This document shows, in pieces, positions 11,370 to 24,419 of a DNA stretch of 64,000 nucleotides. A program made the translations under genes and the position numbers. The stretch's first letter is position 1. The number at the start of each line of letters is the position of its first letter. Under the pieces are notes generated by a model that was not told the origin of the DNA, did no database searches, and worked only from the letters and a program-made list of their open reading frames with translations. Source of the DNA: Eledone cirrhosa (lineage: Eukaryota). Location: the NCBI GenBank assembly GCA_964016885.1, contig OZ024740.1, forward strand, positions 328,166,001 to 328,230,000, in the 5' to 3' direction.

Positions 11370-13080
11370 CATCTCAGGGTTGTCACTCTTAATATAGTCA
11401 CCCTGAAAGGAAAATCAGGTGAAATCATTGAGTTACTTGAGATAAGTTGAGTAGATGTATGTTATGTTCAAGACACAAGATAGCGAGGCGCCTCTGCATG
11501 ACTACTTACAGGCAAATTACACAGATACAAGTTTTTTCTCGTAGGGAATGATGATGGAGTAGGTGGGGTTGGCATTCTACTTGCTGGGAAGTGGATAGAT
11601 AAGTTAATTGAAGAGGTTGGAGCAATCGACAGAATGATCAAAATCAGAATATTCCTAGGCAATAGGATGACGACAATTATCTCAGGTTACGCGCCACAAG
11701 CATGACTAAGTTTGTAACAATAGGATCGCTTTTATGAGCAACTTTCACAGACAACCTACGTTACAGATGACAGAGACCTCAACATCCTAGTTGGCGAGTT
11801 CAACGGGCATGTCTGATAGCACCAGAATGGATACATTGGAGTACACGGTGAATATAATTATGGCTCGATAAATGAAGAAGGAGTGAGGCTCTTAGAATTC
11901 TGTAATGCAAATGAACTATTTGCAACAATAGCTTCAGGAAACCAGCCAGCCAGCCAGCCACTTGATCACCTAACAATCAGGCGAACACACAAGGCAGGAT
12001 AATCTTTTACTCGTTGAAAAAATGATAGGCAGTTAATTTTGAGCGCTAAGTCGATCCCCGGTGAAGAATGCTCCACACAACATGAATTAGTTAGTGACAT
12101 CAGAATAATCACAAGACGGAATGAGACATGCACGAAAATATGGAGAAGAGTATGGAAGCTAAAGGACCTGACTGTCAAATATAGGCTTAGGAAATCTCTA
12201 GGTGTCGCATATAAAAGACATAGAGGACAACTGGAAGTTTCTACAAGACAACCTACTACAGGTTACTGAAGATACTTGGGGCTGGAGTAAAGCGGATAGA
12301 GCTGTTAAAGAAAAAGGCTGGAATGAAAAAACCGGAGAAATAGGGGAAGTAAAGATCGATATCATGTAGCTAAAAGACAGGCTAAACAATAAGTATAGAT
12401 AGCACGCAGAGAAGCTGAAACCGGGAGGTTTGCTAATGTCTTGAAACGTGAGTTGTCAGCATCGCTAAGCAGTGTGTTCGTGATAACTAGGACGCTGTTG
12501 GGGAAAAGTGTGTACGAACTGATACTGGCACACTCAGCGTCACTGACCCACAAAGGAAGGAGGCCTGGAGGATGAGTGGCAGGAAAAGAGAACAACCCCA
12601 GCTGACCCAACAGGGAGAACATATACCGAAATTGACAGTTATATGATTAAGGAATCAATCAAGAATCAATGAAAAATGGTAAGGCCGCTGGTTCATAAGA
12701 AATAGTCACTGAGATGCTGAAATTAGATTGACTAACAGAAGAGGTAAACTTAGAATATGGCAGATGCGCAGGGATAGCTAGTAGTAAGAACACAAGTAAA
12801 ATGTTTTCCAGTCCCAAGATGGCTCCATACAAGTAGTTGATCATTTCTGTTACCTCTTCGGTGATGAAATTAGTCGAGGAGGAGGTTGCACTGCGAGTAT
12901 AATAGAGAAAATACAGGATGGAAAATGCTCAGAGTACTGCTACATCTGTTGGCAGCAAAAGGTTTCTCTCTACGAAAGAAAGGCCTGCTTTAAAATATGA
13001 GTGCACGAAGTGCGTTGTTGCATGGTAATGAGAGATGGGTAGTGAAGGCGGAGGTATGTGAAGACTGTAGAGAAATGAAT
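11370..13080 (+). mobile_element. Decayed RTE-clade LINE (AP endonuclease plus internally deleted RT)
   Basis: GKSGEIIELL..VDVCYVQDTR, GVGGVGILL, IISGYAPQ, ILVGEFNGHV, NEEGVRLLEFC motifs with many stops. Confidence 0.85.
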
Positions 13081-13099
13081 ACCACTTTCCCTTTATTAC

Positions 13100-13366
13100 C
13101 ACCAAGACGCCTGACCTCGTCTTGTGGTGGAGCTTACTAGTTCTTGGGAGGCGAGCATCGATGTAGCATTCACGGCCAGGAAGTACAGTGAGCTGGTTAA
13201 ACTCTGTAAAACCTACGGATGGGAGGCATACTGTTTCCCTGTACTGGTAAGAGACAGAGGAACCAGGGTTGACTCGTTCTTCGGGCGCCTTGGAATGGCG
13301 GCAATGGAAAGGAAATGCAATATCGGATGTTGCGAGTTACTACATCTGCTTCAAAAGAGAAGATGA
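13100..13366 (+). mobile_element. Restriction-like endonuclease C-terminal fragment of a Hero/NeSL/R2-type LINE
   Basis: PDLV..VELTSSWEASID...RKYSELVKLCKTYGWEAYCFPV..RG resembles the REL PD..ELTVPWE..K..KY..GW..PVEVG.RG motif. Confidence 0.65.
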
Positions 13367-13518
13367 ATTGTGCACTTAACACATTGTGATGGATGGAAAC
13401 GTCTCTCCCAGAGTCATAAGACCAGACCCATCACATTTCATGCTGTTCTGACGCGTTGATGTAGATTAAATATAAGTATGTAAACGTACATACATATATG
13501 TACACAGACGTACAGTAG

Positions 13519-13556
<38 letters not shown>

Positions 13557-13686
13557 CATGCACACATATATATATGTACGTATGGATTCACCGAACATTT
13601 ATTATAATGCTCGGTGTGTTTGTATGTATATATATATACATACTACTGTACGTCTGTATACATATATGTATGTACGTATACATACT

Positions 13687-13784
<98 letters not shown>

Positions 13785-13969
13785 GGTAGAGATATATTGC
13801 TCGAGAGAGATTTAGAGATAGTGATAAACAAAGATTGAACTATAGCGACGGGGGAGACTAAGAGAAAAAGAAATTGGTAAAGATATAAGTTTACGAATAA
13901 CTTTCAACTTTTAGGATCTGTCTTCTGAAGACATACAGAGTGTGGAAATAGGAGTCAATACTAGGGTAA

Positions 13970-14410
13970 CTGGTAGAGAATGGTGTTGTAGGGAATATGA
14001 TGGTTGTGATGATGGTGGTTATAAGGGTAGTTGGGGTAGTGGTAGTGATGGTTGTAGTGGTGGTTGTAGTAGTGGTAGGGATTATGGTTGTTGCGGTGGT
14101 GATGGTTATGATGTGGTTGTGGTGGTTATGGTGGTGGTTGTGGTGGCGATTATGTTGGTGATTGTGGTGGTGAATGTATTTGTGTTTGTGGTGGCGTTAG
14201 TGGTAATTGTGGTTATGGGGATTGTGGTGGTGGTGTTGGTGGCGGCGGATGTGATTACTGTTGTTGTAATATAGGTAGTAGAAGTAATAGTAGAGATGGT
14301 GGTTGTGGTGCAGATTGTGGTAGTTATGGTAGTGATGATTGACGTGGTGGATGTGATGATTATAGTGTATATATTGGTAGTTATGGTGGTGGGGAGGGGG
14401 ACATGGTGGG
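13970..14410. repeat. (GTG/GTA/GAT)-rich low-complexity tract
   Basis: Degenerate trinucleotide repeats; similar tracts at 34800-35520 and 43640-44400. Confidence 0.9.
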
Positions 14411-15307
14411 GGAAGGATAAAGACACGCATTCAGCAGTTAAGTAATGATGTGATGAATGAGAAGATAGTGGTGAGAACAATTGTTAGAACAGTGAATTGG
14501 AGTGGAGGAAGAGGCAATGAAAAGTGGTGCGGTAAGGGGATAGAAGTAGAAGCAATGTCAAAGAGAGGGCAAGAGGGGTAGTAGAGGTAGAAACAATAAA
14601 AGGGGTGGAAGAAAGGAAGGGAGGAGCGTGGGGCAATATTTAGGGTAAAGCGAAAAAGAAAAAAAGAAGGAAGAGATATGAAAATGGCTAAGCCTGCCTC
14701 TACACAGATGAGCGCGCTAGTTTATAAAACGTAGTCTGGTGGTTCTCACCAGATATAAGTTCACATTTCGCCAGTAACGAGTTCATGTTTAATAAAAAAG
14801 GCAAAAAACAACAACAAAAAATGAAAACAAAAAACAAAAAGAAAAACGCAAGTATCAGCCATAAAATTGTTCCATTCAAGAGATCTACTTTTTTTCCGTT
14901 TGATAAACAGTGTCATTTTTTTTTTTATTGTAAATTTTTACAGATGTAGTTTTCTTTAGAAATAATCCTGAATGTTGTAATCAGTATACAAAACTACATC
15001 TGTGTATGAATTTATATAACAAAAAAAACATTTGATACTGTTCGAGTAATTATTAATCTTCCTAACTTCGTTTTTGTTTTAAACAAAGAAAATTAAAGGA
15101 AATTATGTATTAGCTACAAGGATAAATTTTAATCAGTAAGGGAACGTGACAGACTGAATGTGCCTCAATACATTACTGGTAGTTGGTTATTTGAGTCAAA
15201 GAGGAATCCTCTATGTTGTTGCTCGCCCTGAAAAAAATAGGAGAGAAAATCCCCTCATATCACACCCCATCGTATTGAAAGAAAAAGCAGTGATACATTA
15301 TTAAAAA

Positions 15308-15515
15308 ATAATTGTTTCTACTTTAGGCACAAGGCCAGCAATTTGAAGGGAAGGGAGACAGTCGATTAAATCAACCCCAATGCATTACCGGTGCTTTATT
15401 TTATCGACCCCGCAAGGATGAAAGGCAAAGCAAACCGCGGTGCGATTTGAACTCATAAAGGGTTGTAACTCTATGATGCAAACCATGTTGTCCGATGCTC
15501 TATCGATACTGCCAC
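15308..15515 (-). mobile_element. SINE family 1 (longer-tail variant)
   Basis: aataattgtttctacttt...gaccccgcaaggatgaaaggcaaag...gatactgcca. Confidence 0.85.
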
Positions 15516-16222
15516 AAGATGTTCACAACTGGAATGCCTTTGCAAGAACAACATCCCACGCCACCCCACCATCATTTATAACAATATTATTTATAATATC
15601 GCTACTGCTTGTGTGACAATAACAAGAATTATAAGTACAACTTGATATCAATGTAGGGTTTTCCTAATTATGTTCGTCTCCATTCCCAAGTTCCACATGG
15701 GCCTTCCAAACCCAAGTGAAGTCAACTTCTCTTTAACGTTCTTCAATAGTGTAATATTTAATACTCATTTACCACGTAGTGTTATCTAGGTAGACATGGT
15801 CAAGGTCAGTTATTGGTCAAAACTTTCAAATGTCCATTGTTTTTTTTTTTTTAGATAGGAACAAAAAGTAACAGATGTCAAAATTAGCAGTGTGGTATAG
15901 CAAATAATTTGTTCTATTTGGTTACATTACATTGTATTCTGTTGGCGAGGTTGACTTTTGCTTTTTATCTTTCCCCCAACATATTCAATCACTGTCGTAT
16001 TCTTCGAAACATTTTGAACAGCTATAGTTTGAAAACATTAGTTTCTTATATCATACTGCTGCTATTTCCAGCTGTATATGATAATACCTCTACATTGTAG
16101 TTGTTTTGACAAGGACCTTTTAGCTATTCGATCAACTGAACACCCGACTCTATAAATCAAAGTGTCTGTGGTTTATCCCACAAGTAATATGCGACAAGCT
16201 ACAATTTTGAATTACATGTAGG

Positions 16223-16476
16223 CAGGGTTGGATTTAGAACTAAGGGGGGTGGGGGGGTCATACACAAAAATAGAATACACAACAAACTCCTCAATTTTAC
16301 ATATCAAAGTTAGCTAGAGGCAAGTAATTGGAATTGAAACACTATACATACAGGTATTATATTCAAAATTTCTAACCACACTAAAACTAAAAAGCCAAGT
16401 TGAGGGCACAAATAAATTGCTCCCCCACCTACAGCGAAGGGCCCAGGGTAACTGTCCCCCATTAAATCTGGCCCTG
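16223..16476. mobile_element. hAT-type MITE
   Basis: TIRs cagggttggattta / taaatctggccctg; perfect 8-bp TSD catgtagg. Confidence 0.8.
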
Positions 16477-17246
16477 CATGTAGGGTGAAGCTGTTGGGCT
16501 TCTAAAGAGTTTCTATCTATTTAATTTCACTTACTAGGTTGACCGGAAGCTAAGGTAATGGCACTTGCTAATGATGCTATACAGTGTGATCGAACTCAAG
16601 CCCTCATGATTGTGAAGCGAAGTTCATAACCACCCAGCTATGCCTGCGTCCACTATTTACAACTAAATTGACTGCGTAAGCACGTCTTAAGTAATTTGAC
16701 CACAGATTAAAACCCAGTAGCAGCGGGATATGAAAGAAAGGTCAATCCTTCTACTGACAGGGTGTGTAGTAGGGACTCTGTGACTAATTCCTATGTGAGT
16801 AGAATGATTTAAAGAGAAGGATGTATTCATAATCAACATAACATAAACGATGTAAATAAAAAATAATATAAACTAAATCTTCAGTTACAGAAAGCTACAA
16901 GAAAAAAGGGTAAATGTTTGAAGAACACTTGTTCACATATATATACCGAGAACTTGCAATAAAGGAGGTATTTTTACCCGAATAAATATACAGAACTTAT
17001 GTTTGCAAAAGGCACGAATCTGTACTTGCATCTAATGTTTTTAGTTAATATATTTCTGTGTGTCTATGGCAGGAAGAAACATGTAAAGTTACTACTGAGA
17101 AAACTAACATTAGAAATTCGCTAGGATTGTAAACAAATCAACGGTGGAATATATTAAATGTCGGTAAAATTGCTAATGAAACACTCTTAGTTGTTATAGT
17201 TCTGTTTGATGAACTTTCTCGTTTTAATTCCAATTTAAACATCGGC

Positions 17247-17306
17247 TATATGCCTAGGCAGGGCTCCCCCTCACTCGTGTGAGGGAGAGCCCTGCCTAGG
17301 CATATA
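17247..17306. repeat. GC-rich 28-bp-arm hairpin
   Basis: tatatgcctaggcagggctccccctcac-tcgt-gtgagggagagccctgcctaggcatata, one mismatch. Confidence 0.9.
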
Positions 17307-17679
17307 TATATATTGTTGAACCGTACTAATAGTGGTTAGGGTGTGCCCGCTTAAACCGATAGTCCGAGTTAATAGTGTATATGTACATGATATTGGAAAT
17401 ATACAAACTGCATGGTCAACATAATAAACAGTAACATAGTCACAGATAATACTACAAACGTCATATAAATATATGAATCATAGAAATATTATTTTATTAA
17501 AGTATCTAATACTTAAGGTATTAAAGAATTAGAAACTCAATACCGTAAATAGTTAATTTCATTTATTTGTGGTAGACGACAGACGAGGATGATACAATTA
17601 GGTGGAGGTAGAGGTGATGAGTCATCGCTTTATATACATATATATTTTCGATCTTTGTATGGGTAGGCCTAACCCGGTT

Positions 17680-17805
17680 GTTGCGAGTACTTACTTTAGC
17701 TGAGTGAATAAAAACAACGTGAAATAAAGTACGTTGCTCAAGGACACAACGTGCCACTCGGTATGAGAATCATAACCGCCAACCCTAATCCACTAAGCCA
17801 CACGA
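17680..17805 (-). mobile_element. SINE family 2 fragment
   Basis: ttgctcaaggacacaacg is the reverse of the CORE-like motif. Confidence 0.65.
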
Positions 17806-18439
17806 CTTCATGGTAGAGTAGATAACATGTTCTTATGTGTTAAAAGAACGGTGTTGCCACCCATTCGTAGCCTGAGTTGACTTAGGAAGCACTAAGTCAA
17901 CAGCAGATGGGTCATCAACAGCATAAGGAAGCTTAACAACTACTTCTGGCTTTTAGTAAATTGGCGTGAAGAATGGATCAAGATTTTGTAGTTGACTTGC
18001 TGATGAAGCTGATGAAGGTTCTGAGACAGGAGTTTGTAAACGACGAGCCACAAGCAAAATCTGGCCAACAGATTTAATATACGACGTTCCATACACATAT
18101 TCTTTGTTTTTCTCATCAATATTTTGTTAGCTAACAATAAAAGCATTGAAAAAAGCCCCATTTTTTGTAGTGGCTTCAATTAAATAAATGTTTTATAGTA
18201 ATATGAAAAAATAAAAAAAATAAAAAAAAACGAACAAACAAAAAATATGCGATCCCTTTACTTGTTAACAAATGAAATTGTGAATTTATCCAAATTTGAA
18301 TCAAACGTTTTCTCATTGTGGTATACACAAAGCTGTTTTTATTTTACAACATCTACAGCTACAGTTATAACTAAAAACACGAAGGACTGTAAATAACTAC
18401 TGCAAGATATATTAATACCAGTGGATAACAAGCGTATAA

Positions 18440-19140
18440 CAAAAATCTAGGCTGAAGCCATTTAAATCTCTAAAATTGATGAAACAACACACCGCGATAC
18501 TACACACCCATAATCTGCTTGCAATATTTTAAAGGCGATATTACAAACAAGAAATGTCCCCCCTTAAGCAAAGTCATACTACCACCCGCCATAAAAAATC
18601 ATATTTCCAGAAAAAGGAAAAGTATGTTGCAAAAACCCATGTGGTGATCATTACTGAAAAACAAAGTCATTACTAAACACTAGAAGATGGATGAGTAGAA
18701 GGCATTTGACAGTGTTCCATTCTCGTAGATTCTAGAAACATTGACCAATAACAAATATGTCATTTGTAGCAGGAAAATGACTTGGCAAATTCAAGCAGAA
18801 GTGGAATTATAAAAATGAAATCCATCTCAATTAAAAAAGGAATATTCGAAGGGAGACACCTTCTATCTACTCCTTTTCCATCTGGAGCTAACGCCCTTAA
18901 CCAATATGCTAAAACAAATTTGTATGCTAAGGCTGTAGAGAACAAACTAAAGGAAAGTTTGTTACATATAGTATACAGATTCAGTAGAGGAATTGGCATA
19001 ACATTCAGTTTAGAAAAATGTGCCAAGGCAATCTTGGAGGGAATGATATTCATTTCTAACATTTTTTAAGAGAATCATATTAATAAGAACAGTTATATTA
19101 CTTAGGATAAACAAATGAAAAGAAGAAAACTACACCAAAA
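18440..19140 (+). mobile_element. Decayed R4/Dong-like LINE reverse transcriptase
   Basis: KAFDSVPFS.ILETL, SIKKGIFEG, LLHIVYRFSRGIGITFSLEKCAK motifs with frameshifts. Confidence 0.75.
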
Positions 19141-19339
19141 ACAAGTCGATAGCTAAGAATTTAATGAACAAGACAAAAGTACAGCACACACGAATGTAAA
19201 AAAATGTTAAAATGAATAATATATATGCAGGCATGTCTGTGTGGTTAAATAGTCTGCCTACGTGGTTTCAAGTTCAGTTCCACTGCGTGGCACGTCGGAC
19301 TGGAGGATTCTATGCTAACCATACAATTGTGCAGAAGCC

Positions 19340-19407
<68 letters not shown>

Positions 19408-19772
19408 CACACACACATATATATATATATATATAAATTTATTTAGTAATAAACAGTAAATTGTGTGTTTAAAATTACGAGGGTTGAGATACCACGTTGG
19501 TTTGACAGTTTTAACCTGAAGCAAACGGAAAATACAGGATAAAGTGTAAAATGTACTGACCGTTTCAATATATATTCATCTCCCGGAAAGATTAGAGAAG
19601 TAATCTGTTCCGCCCTGAGAATTGTGTTTTGTAACAGATAATCCGTAGGCATCATCAGCGAGAGATGAGATCAAATGTGACAAACACCTAAAACTAAAAG
19701 CTACGTGAGTGAACATTTCACCTCGTGCGCGAGACGTCCATTATATATATTATGCATACTGTATATATATAG

Positions 19773-19968
19773 TAATAATTGTTTCTACTTTTGGCACAAG
19801 GCCAGCAATTATTCCAGTGCATTACTGGTACTTTATTTTATCGACCCCGTAAGGATGAAAGGCAAAGTTAACCTCGGCGGGATTTGAACTCAGACCATAA
19901 AGGGCCGTAACACTTTGCTGTAAAGCATGGCGTCAGACCCTCTACTGATACTGCCAATCCACCGCCCT
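19773..19968 (-). mobile_element. SINE family 1, full length
   Basis: Reverse complement of the 10089-10280 consensus; flanked by atatatagtaataat duplication. Confidence 0.9.
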
Positions 19969-20083
19969 CATATATATAGTAATAATAATAGATGTGAAGA
20001 CTAAAATCCAAAGAGCCCACGATAAGGATAAATATATATCAAATATATAAGAACCCTAGAGCAAATATTTATTAAAATAGCAG

Positions 20084-20393
20084 ATATTGTTGTAATAATA
20101 TTGCCAGAATTAATAACAGAACACACTCACTGTTTGGTTGGTTTTCGCTTCTGTATCTTTTATATCAGCTAATTTATTCGGTCCTCAATGTTTACCATTG
20201 ACTGACCAACGGTAAAAAATACAGATATAATATAGACACAAACACATATATATAGTCTCACAAAGTTCTTTCGTTGCAAATCTGCAACATCGTCAGTGGT
20301 GCTAAGATGTTTCCTCCTGTTGTATTGTATGTCTACGCCATAGTATAACAATATTTGTTTTGACACACGATTTCATATCAAGAACCTCGGAAA

Positions 20394-20399
<6 letters not shown>
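20084..20399. mobile_element. Family B element: long inverted arm carrying a hammerhead plus short sense 3' tail ending in (TA)n
   Basis: 20084-20240 matches the family B sequence at 27940-28110 and its reverse complement; 20342-20399 matches tail 28237-28295. Confidence 0.75.
20259..20301 (-). ncRNA. Hammerhead ribozyme motif (family B), stem I imperfect
   Basis: Reverse complement reads cacca CTGACGA t gttgca-gatt-tgcaac GAAA gaac TT tgtg. Confidence 0.6.
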
Positions 20400-20449
<50 letters not shown>

Positions 20450-20828
20450 CATATATATTATACATATATATATATATACATATATATATACATATATATA
20501 TATACATATATATATTATACATATATATATATACATATATGGCGTGTGTGTATGTATGTATGTATCTATGAGTGTGTGTGTGTTCATGTTTATAGCACTT
20601 AACAGCGGTACTGTTTGGTTATGTCCCGCAACTTAATGGTTCGACAAATAGTGATTGATAAAATAAGTACCAGGCTTGAATAACTTGAGTGCTGGGGATT
20701 GATATAATCGACGAAATCCCTTGAAGATGGTGCCTTGACATTGTCACAGCCTAATAACGGAAATCAGTAAAAGTCATGATACTTAAAATTGAGTTAAAGT
20801 GTAAAAAATAATGTAATTACTTCGATAA

Positions 20829-21013
20829 ATTTTTTCTACTTTTGGCACAAGGCCAGCAATTTTCACAGTGTATTACTGGCGCTTTATTTTATCGACCCCG
20901 TAAGGATGAAAGGCAAAGTTAACCTCGGTGGGATTTGAACTCAGACCTTAAAAGGCCGTAACTCTTTGCTGCAAAGCATAGCGTCAGACTCTCTGCCGAT
21001 ATTGCCAATCCAC
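20829..21013 (-). mobile_element. SINE family 1
   Basis: Matches the reverse SINE consensus. Confidence 0.88.
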
Positions 21014-22349
21014 ACTGATTACTTCAAAACAATTGAAAAAAAAAAAAAATACGAGAACATACATACTCAAAGACAAAGCGAAATATTTCACGCACACAAG
21101 GCTGCATAAGTTTGTGAAATGAAAACATAAATAAAATCAGAACACTGAAAGATTAACAATTTGTTATTGTTACAAGTTTGACAAATGATTTTTTTGGGCG
21201 ATGGGGTAGGGATGTTGGGGCTAACACAAGGCCACAATATTGCTGGGAGAAGTATAGTCTATTCATACACACCCAGAAGTTACTAGCAGTTTATTTTATT
21301 GATTGTGGAATGACAAAAAGCAAAATTGACGCAGGAGAGATTTAAACTTTTTAAAACAGGACTTTTTAACTATTAAAAATATATTTCAGAAACTATTACA
21401 GAACACAGTCGGGGAAGTGGAGGAGCCATTAGAACGTTGGATAGAATGCATTTTAGTATTCGATCCGACTCTCTACACGTTGATTTCAAATCCTGTGGAG
21501 GTTAACTTTGTCTTTCATCGCGCTGAGGTCGATAAAAATATAAAGTGACATTTCAGTACTGGTATCGACCCTTCCTCTATATATCTTTATCACTTCCTCT
21601 CTATCATTCTCACTTCTTCTTTTGAAAGAAATCTACGAAATTTAGATCTGGAGAGGAGATGTGTTGCCTTAGGTTTAAAATACCAAAGAGACGCCGTATA
21701 TCACTACGGTACCCCTATGACTCAGTCAAGAGTTACGGGTCCCAGAACAGAATAATACATAGCACAAAGTATATACTAGCACGGAGTAATTACATGATAG
21801 ACACATCATCAATAAAATCAGAGAGTGTGACGGGAAGTGTTTTGAGAAACTAATTAATTAGTTAATTAGTTGATTAATAATAAAAAAAAGAATCTGGAAA
21901 AATTCCTGTCCTTTTTTCACCAAAAACGAATACGCATATAATAGTCAATCGGATATATACAACATTTTCCGTTTCAAATATTCTTTTATTTCATTTTACT
22001 TTTGGTAAATTCATTTTCATTTTGTTTTCACTTTTGATAAATTTCAGTTTTCCATTTTATTGTATTTCATGTGTACTTTAGATATTATGTACTATAGATA
22101 TTATTAAAACAGGGAAAACAAGAGTAACTTTCAAAGTAGTTTTATCTGCTCTGCCACAGACTACAGAAAAGTAGTTAGCGGGTCACATGCGGTTGAAGGG
22201 TTACGTGTTTGAGACCCCTGTTTGAGACCCCTGTTCTATAATATCGATCAATGCTATTTCTATCTCTTTTTAGTTTACCTATATCGCTAATTTTCTTGGG
22301 AGTAGATTCAACACCACAACAGGTCCTCGCTGATAAGTAACGCACAGTA

Positions 22350-22590
22350 GAGATCTCTGGTGTCCTTGGCCCTAGGACCACCTCCCTACTCGCCACCATC
22401 GACACAGAGTTGGCTACCCGCAGGTGTGAGCCTCGCGAGCCGGAATGACTCTTCCAACGCGTTTCCCTCACCATCCTCCGGGAAAATGCCTTCTCTATTC
22501 TGTCTGCCGGGGCTGCAGGGCGCCCAGCGCATGCCCCCTCCCCCATTTACATATAATAGTAAGAGATGGGGAGAGCGAGAGAGAGTGACT
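22350..22590 (+). repeat. Dispersed GC-rich repeat; related copy at 33795-33960
   Basis: Shared ctcaccatcctccgggaaaa and cccattt.catataata.t.agagatgggg. Confidence 0.7.
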
Positions 22591-22774
22591 ATACTAGCAT
22601 TGCTGAAGTATTTTGTAGAGTTAATGGTTAAGTGATTTTACGATAAATAGGTAGATAGAAACTCACTCTATCCCCGCATATTCGACCGATAAATCACAAT
22701 ATACCCACATTCATGACATGATATCTTACAATATACCCATCTTTTTTAGCCTAATAATTAACTATATAAGAAAT

Positions 22775-22872
22775 TATTAACTTTGCCTTTCATCCTTACG
22801 GGGTCAATAAAATAAAGTACCAGTAATGTACTGGGTATTGCTGGCCTTGTGCCAAAAGTAGAAACAATTATT
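22775..22872 (+). mobile_element. 5'-truncated SINE family 1
   Basis: ttaactttgcctttcatccttacggggtc...agtagaaacaattatt. Confidence 0.88.
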
Positions 22873-24419
22873 TAGGCAAGATGTTTTTGATATAAAAGTT
22901 GAAGATTTCGCTGGCGTCGAAAAGTTGAAGAGAATTCGAGATATACGACTAAACAGTCAGATATAAAAAAATACTATAATAACACATGTAACAAGGGAGC
23001 CTCTATGCGGTCACTCGACCTAGTAAAAACCACAGCGAAATCTTTTTCTAGTTACAATTATTCGTCTTGAAAAATGTGAAAGGAACCTTGATTAATATAT
23101 CCTATAAAATAAATTCCCTCTATAAAAACAACCACAACAAGCAACCCCCCTCCCCACCAAAAAAACAAAGCAATGATGAAGGCCAGAAAGCTTTCAATAG
23201 TAGGTTAATCTGGGGAATAACCGTCAGCCCCCCCCCCTCATAACCAACATCAACGTCGGAGGCTCTATCTTGTGGATTGACGTGTTGTAAATAGAGGCCA
23301 CTATGCGGTCTTAAAAATGAAAGGCACATTGTACGGAAGCAGTTAAGAAAAAAAAAAAAAAGGAGATAGACACGAGCAAAATACGTTCAATCGTAGGTCA
23401 GCTTGACCATAGTTGACCTGGGGCAAAACAACGACGACGACTATAATGGCATATAACATGGACAGGACTTCACAGAGAAAGGAAAATCAAAAGTAAAGTC
23501 TTTTGTCTTGACAGATTTGGGTCGTTAAAATCGCTGTAGTAATTGCCTTAGATATTGTTTCACTGTTTATTTGTTTAGCTGATGCAGAGTAATAAACAGA
23601 CACTCTCTATCTCACACATCCTCCCCCCACACTCTCTCTAATTCTCACACCACCATACTCCAGTTTTATCTACTTTTGCATTTACTTTCTTGTTGTTTAC
23701 ACACATATACACAGATTTCTCTACCTTTTCATTTTCCTTTGTTGTTGTATATACCCCAGGCACGCATATGTATTCCATATCATAGTGGTAGTTTTCGGGA
23801 AAGACTGTAATGTCACTCAACTATCTAGAAAATTGTTATAACTTATAAATAATGATTTAAAACTTATTGTTTGCTGAAAATATGCAAGCCGTACATTTGT
23901 TTCTCTTAAAGCTTGTCTTATTTAACTTTGCTGACTGCAACGATAAAACGCTACACAGTTGCATTGTGATTATTTCATCAACAACTGAATCATCAAACGA
24001 AACAGCCATTAAATGGTTCGTCGACATGCTAGGAATAGCAGCTAAATCTCTCACAATGTTCACCCTACTGGCTTTTTAAAATGTAAGGACACATTGGAAG
24101 ATGTACTCCTAGATACGAAAGAAAGCCGGGATGGTGATGGCTGAAATATTTCTAATCATTGGTCTGTTTCAATCGCTGATAGGGAGCTAAACAAAAACAA
24201 CAACAACAACATCAGTTACACAAGCAAATGAGGGAACCTCTACGCATTTGTTCTATTTACCAGCAGTAGCTGTCAAATCTCCCTTAAATTATAAGTCACC
24301 GTCACGGAAAAGGAAGGACACATTGAATAATGTACTCCAAAATACATAATGCTACAAAACAAAAAAACAAAAACAAAAAAAAACATGATAATCATGGATA
24401 AATTTACAGTTTCAATATT

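Noticed and set aside
14940-15003. 14-bp inverted repeat acagatgtagtttt / aaaactacatctgt
   Set aside because: Too short and AT-rich to assign; no TSD, ribozyme or second copy.
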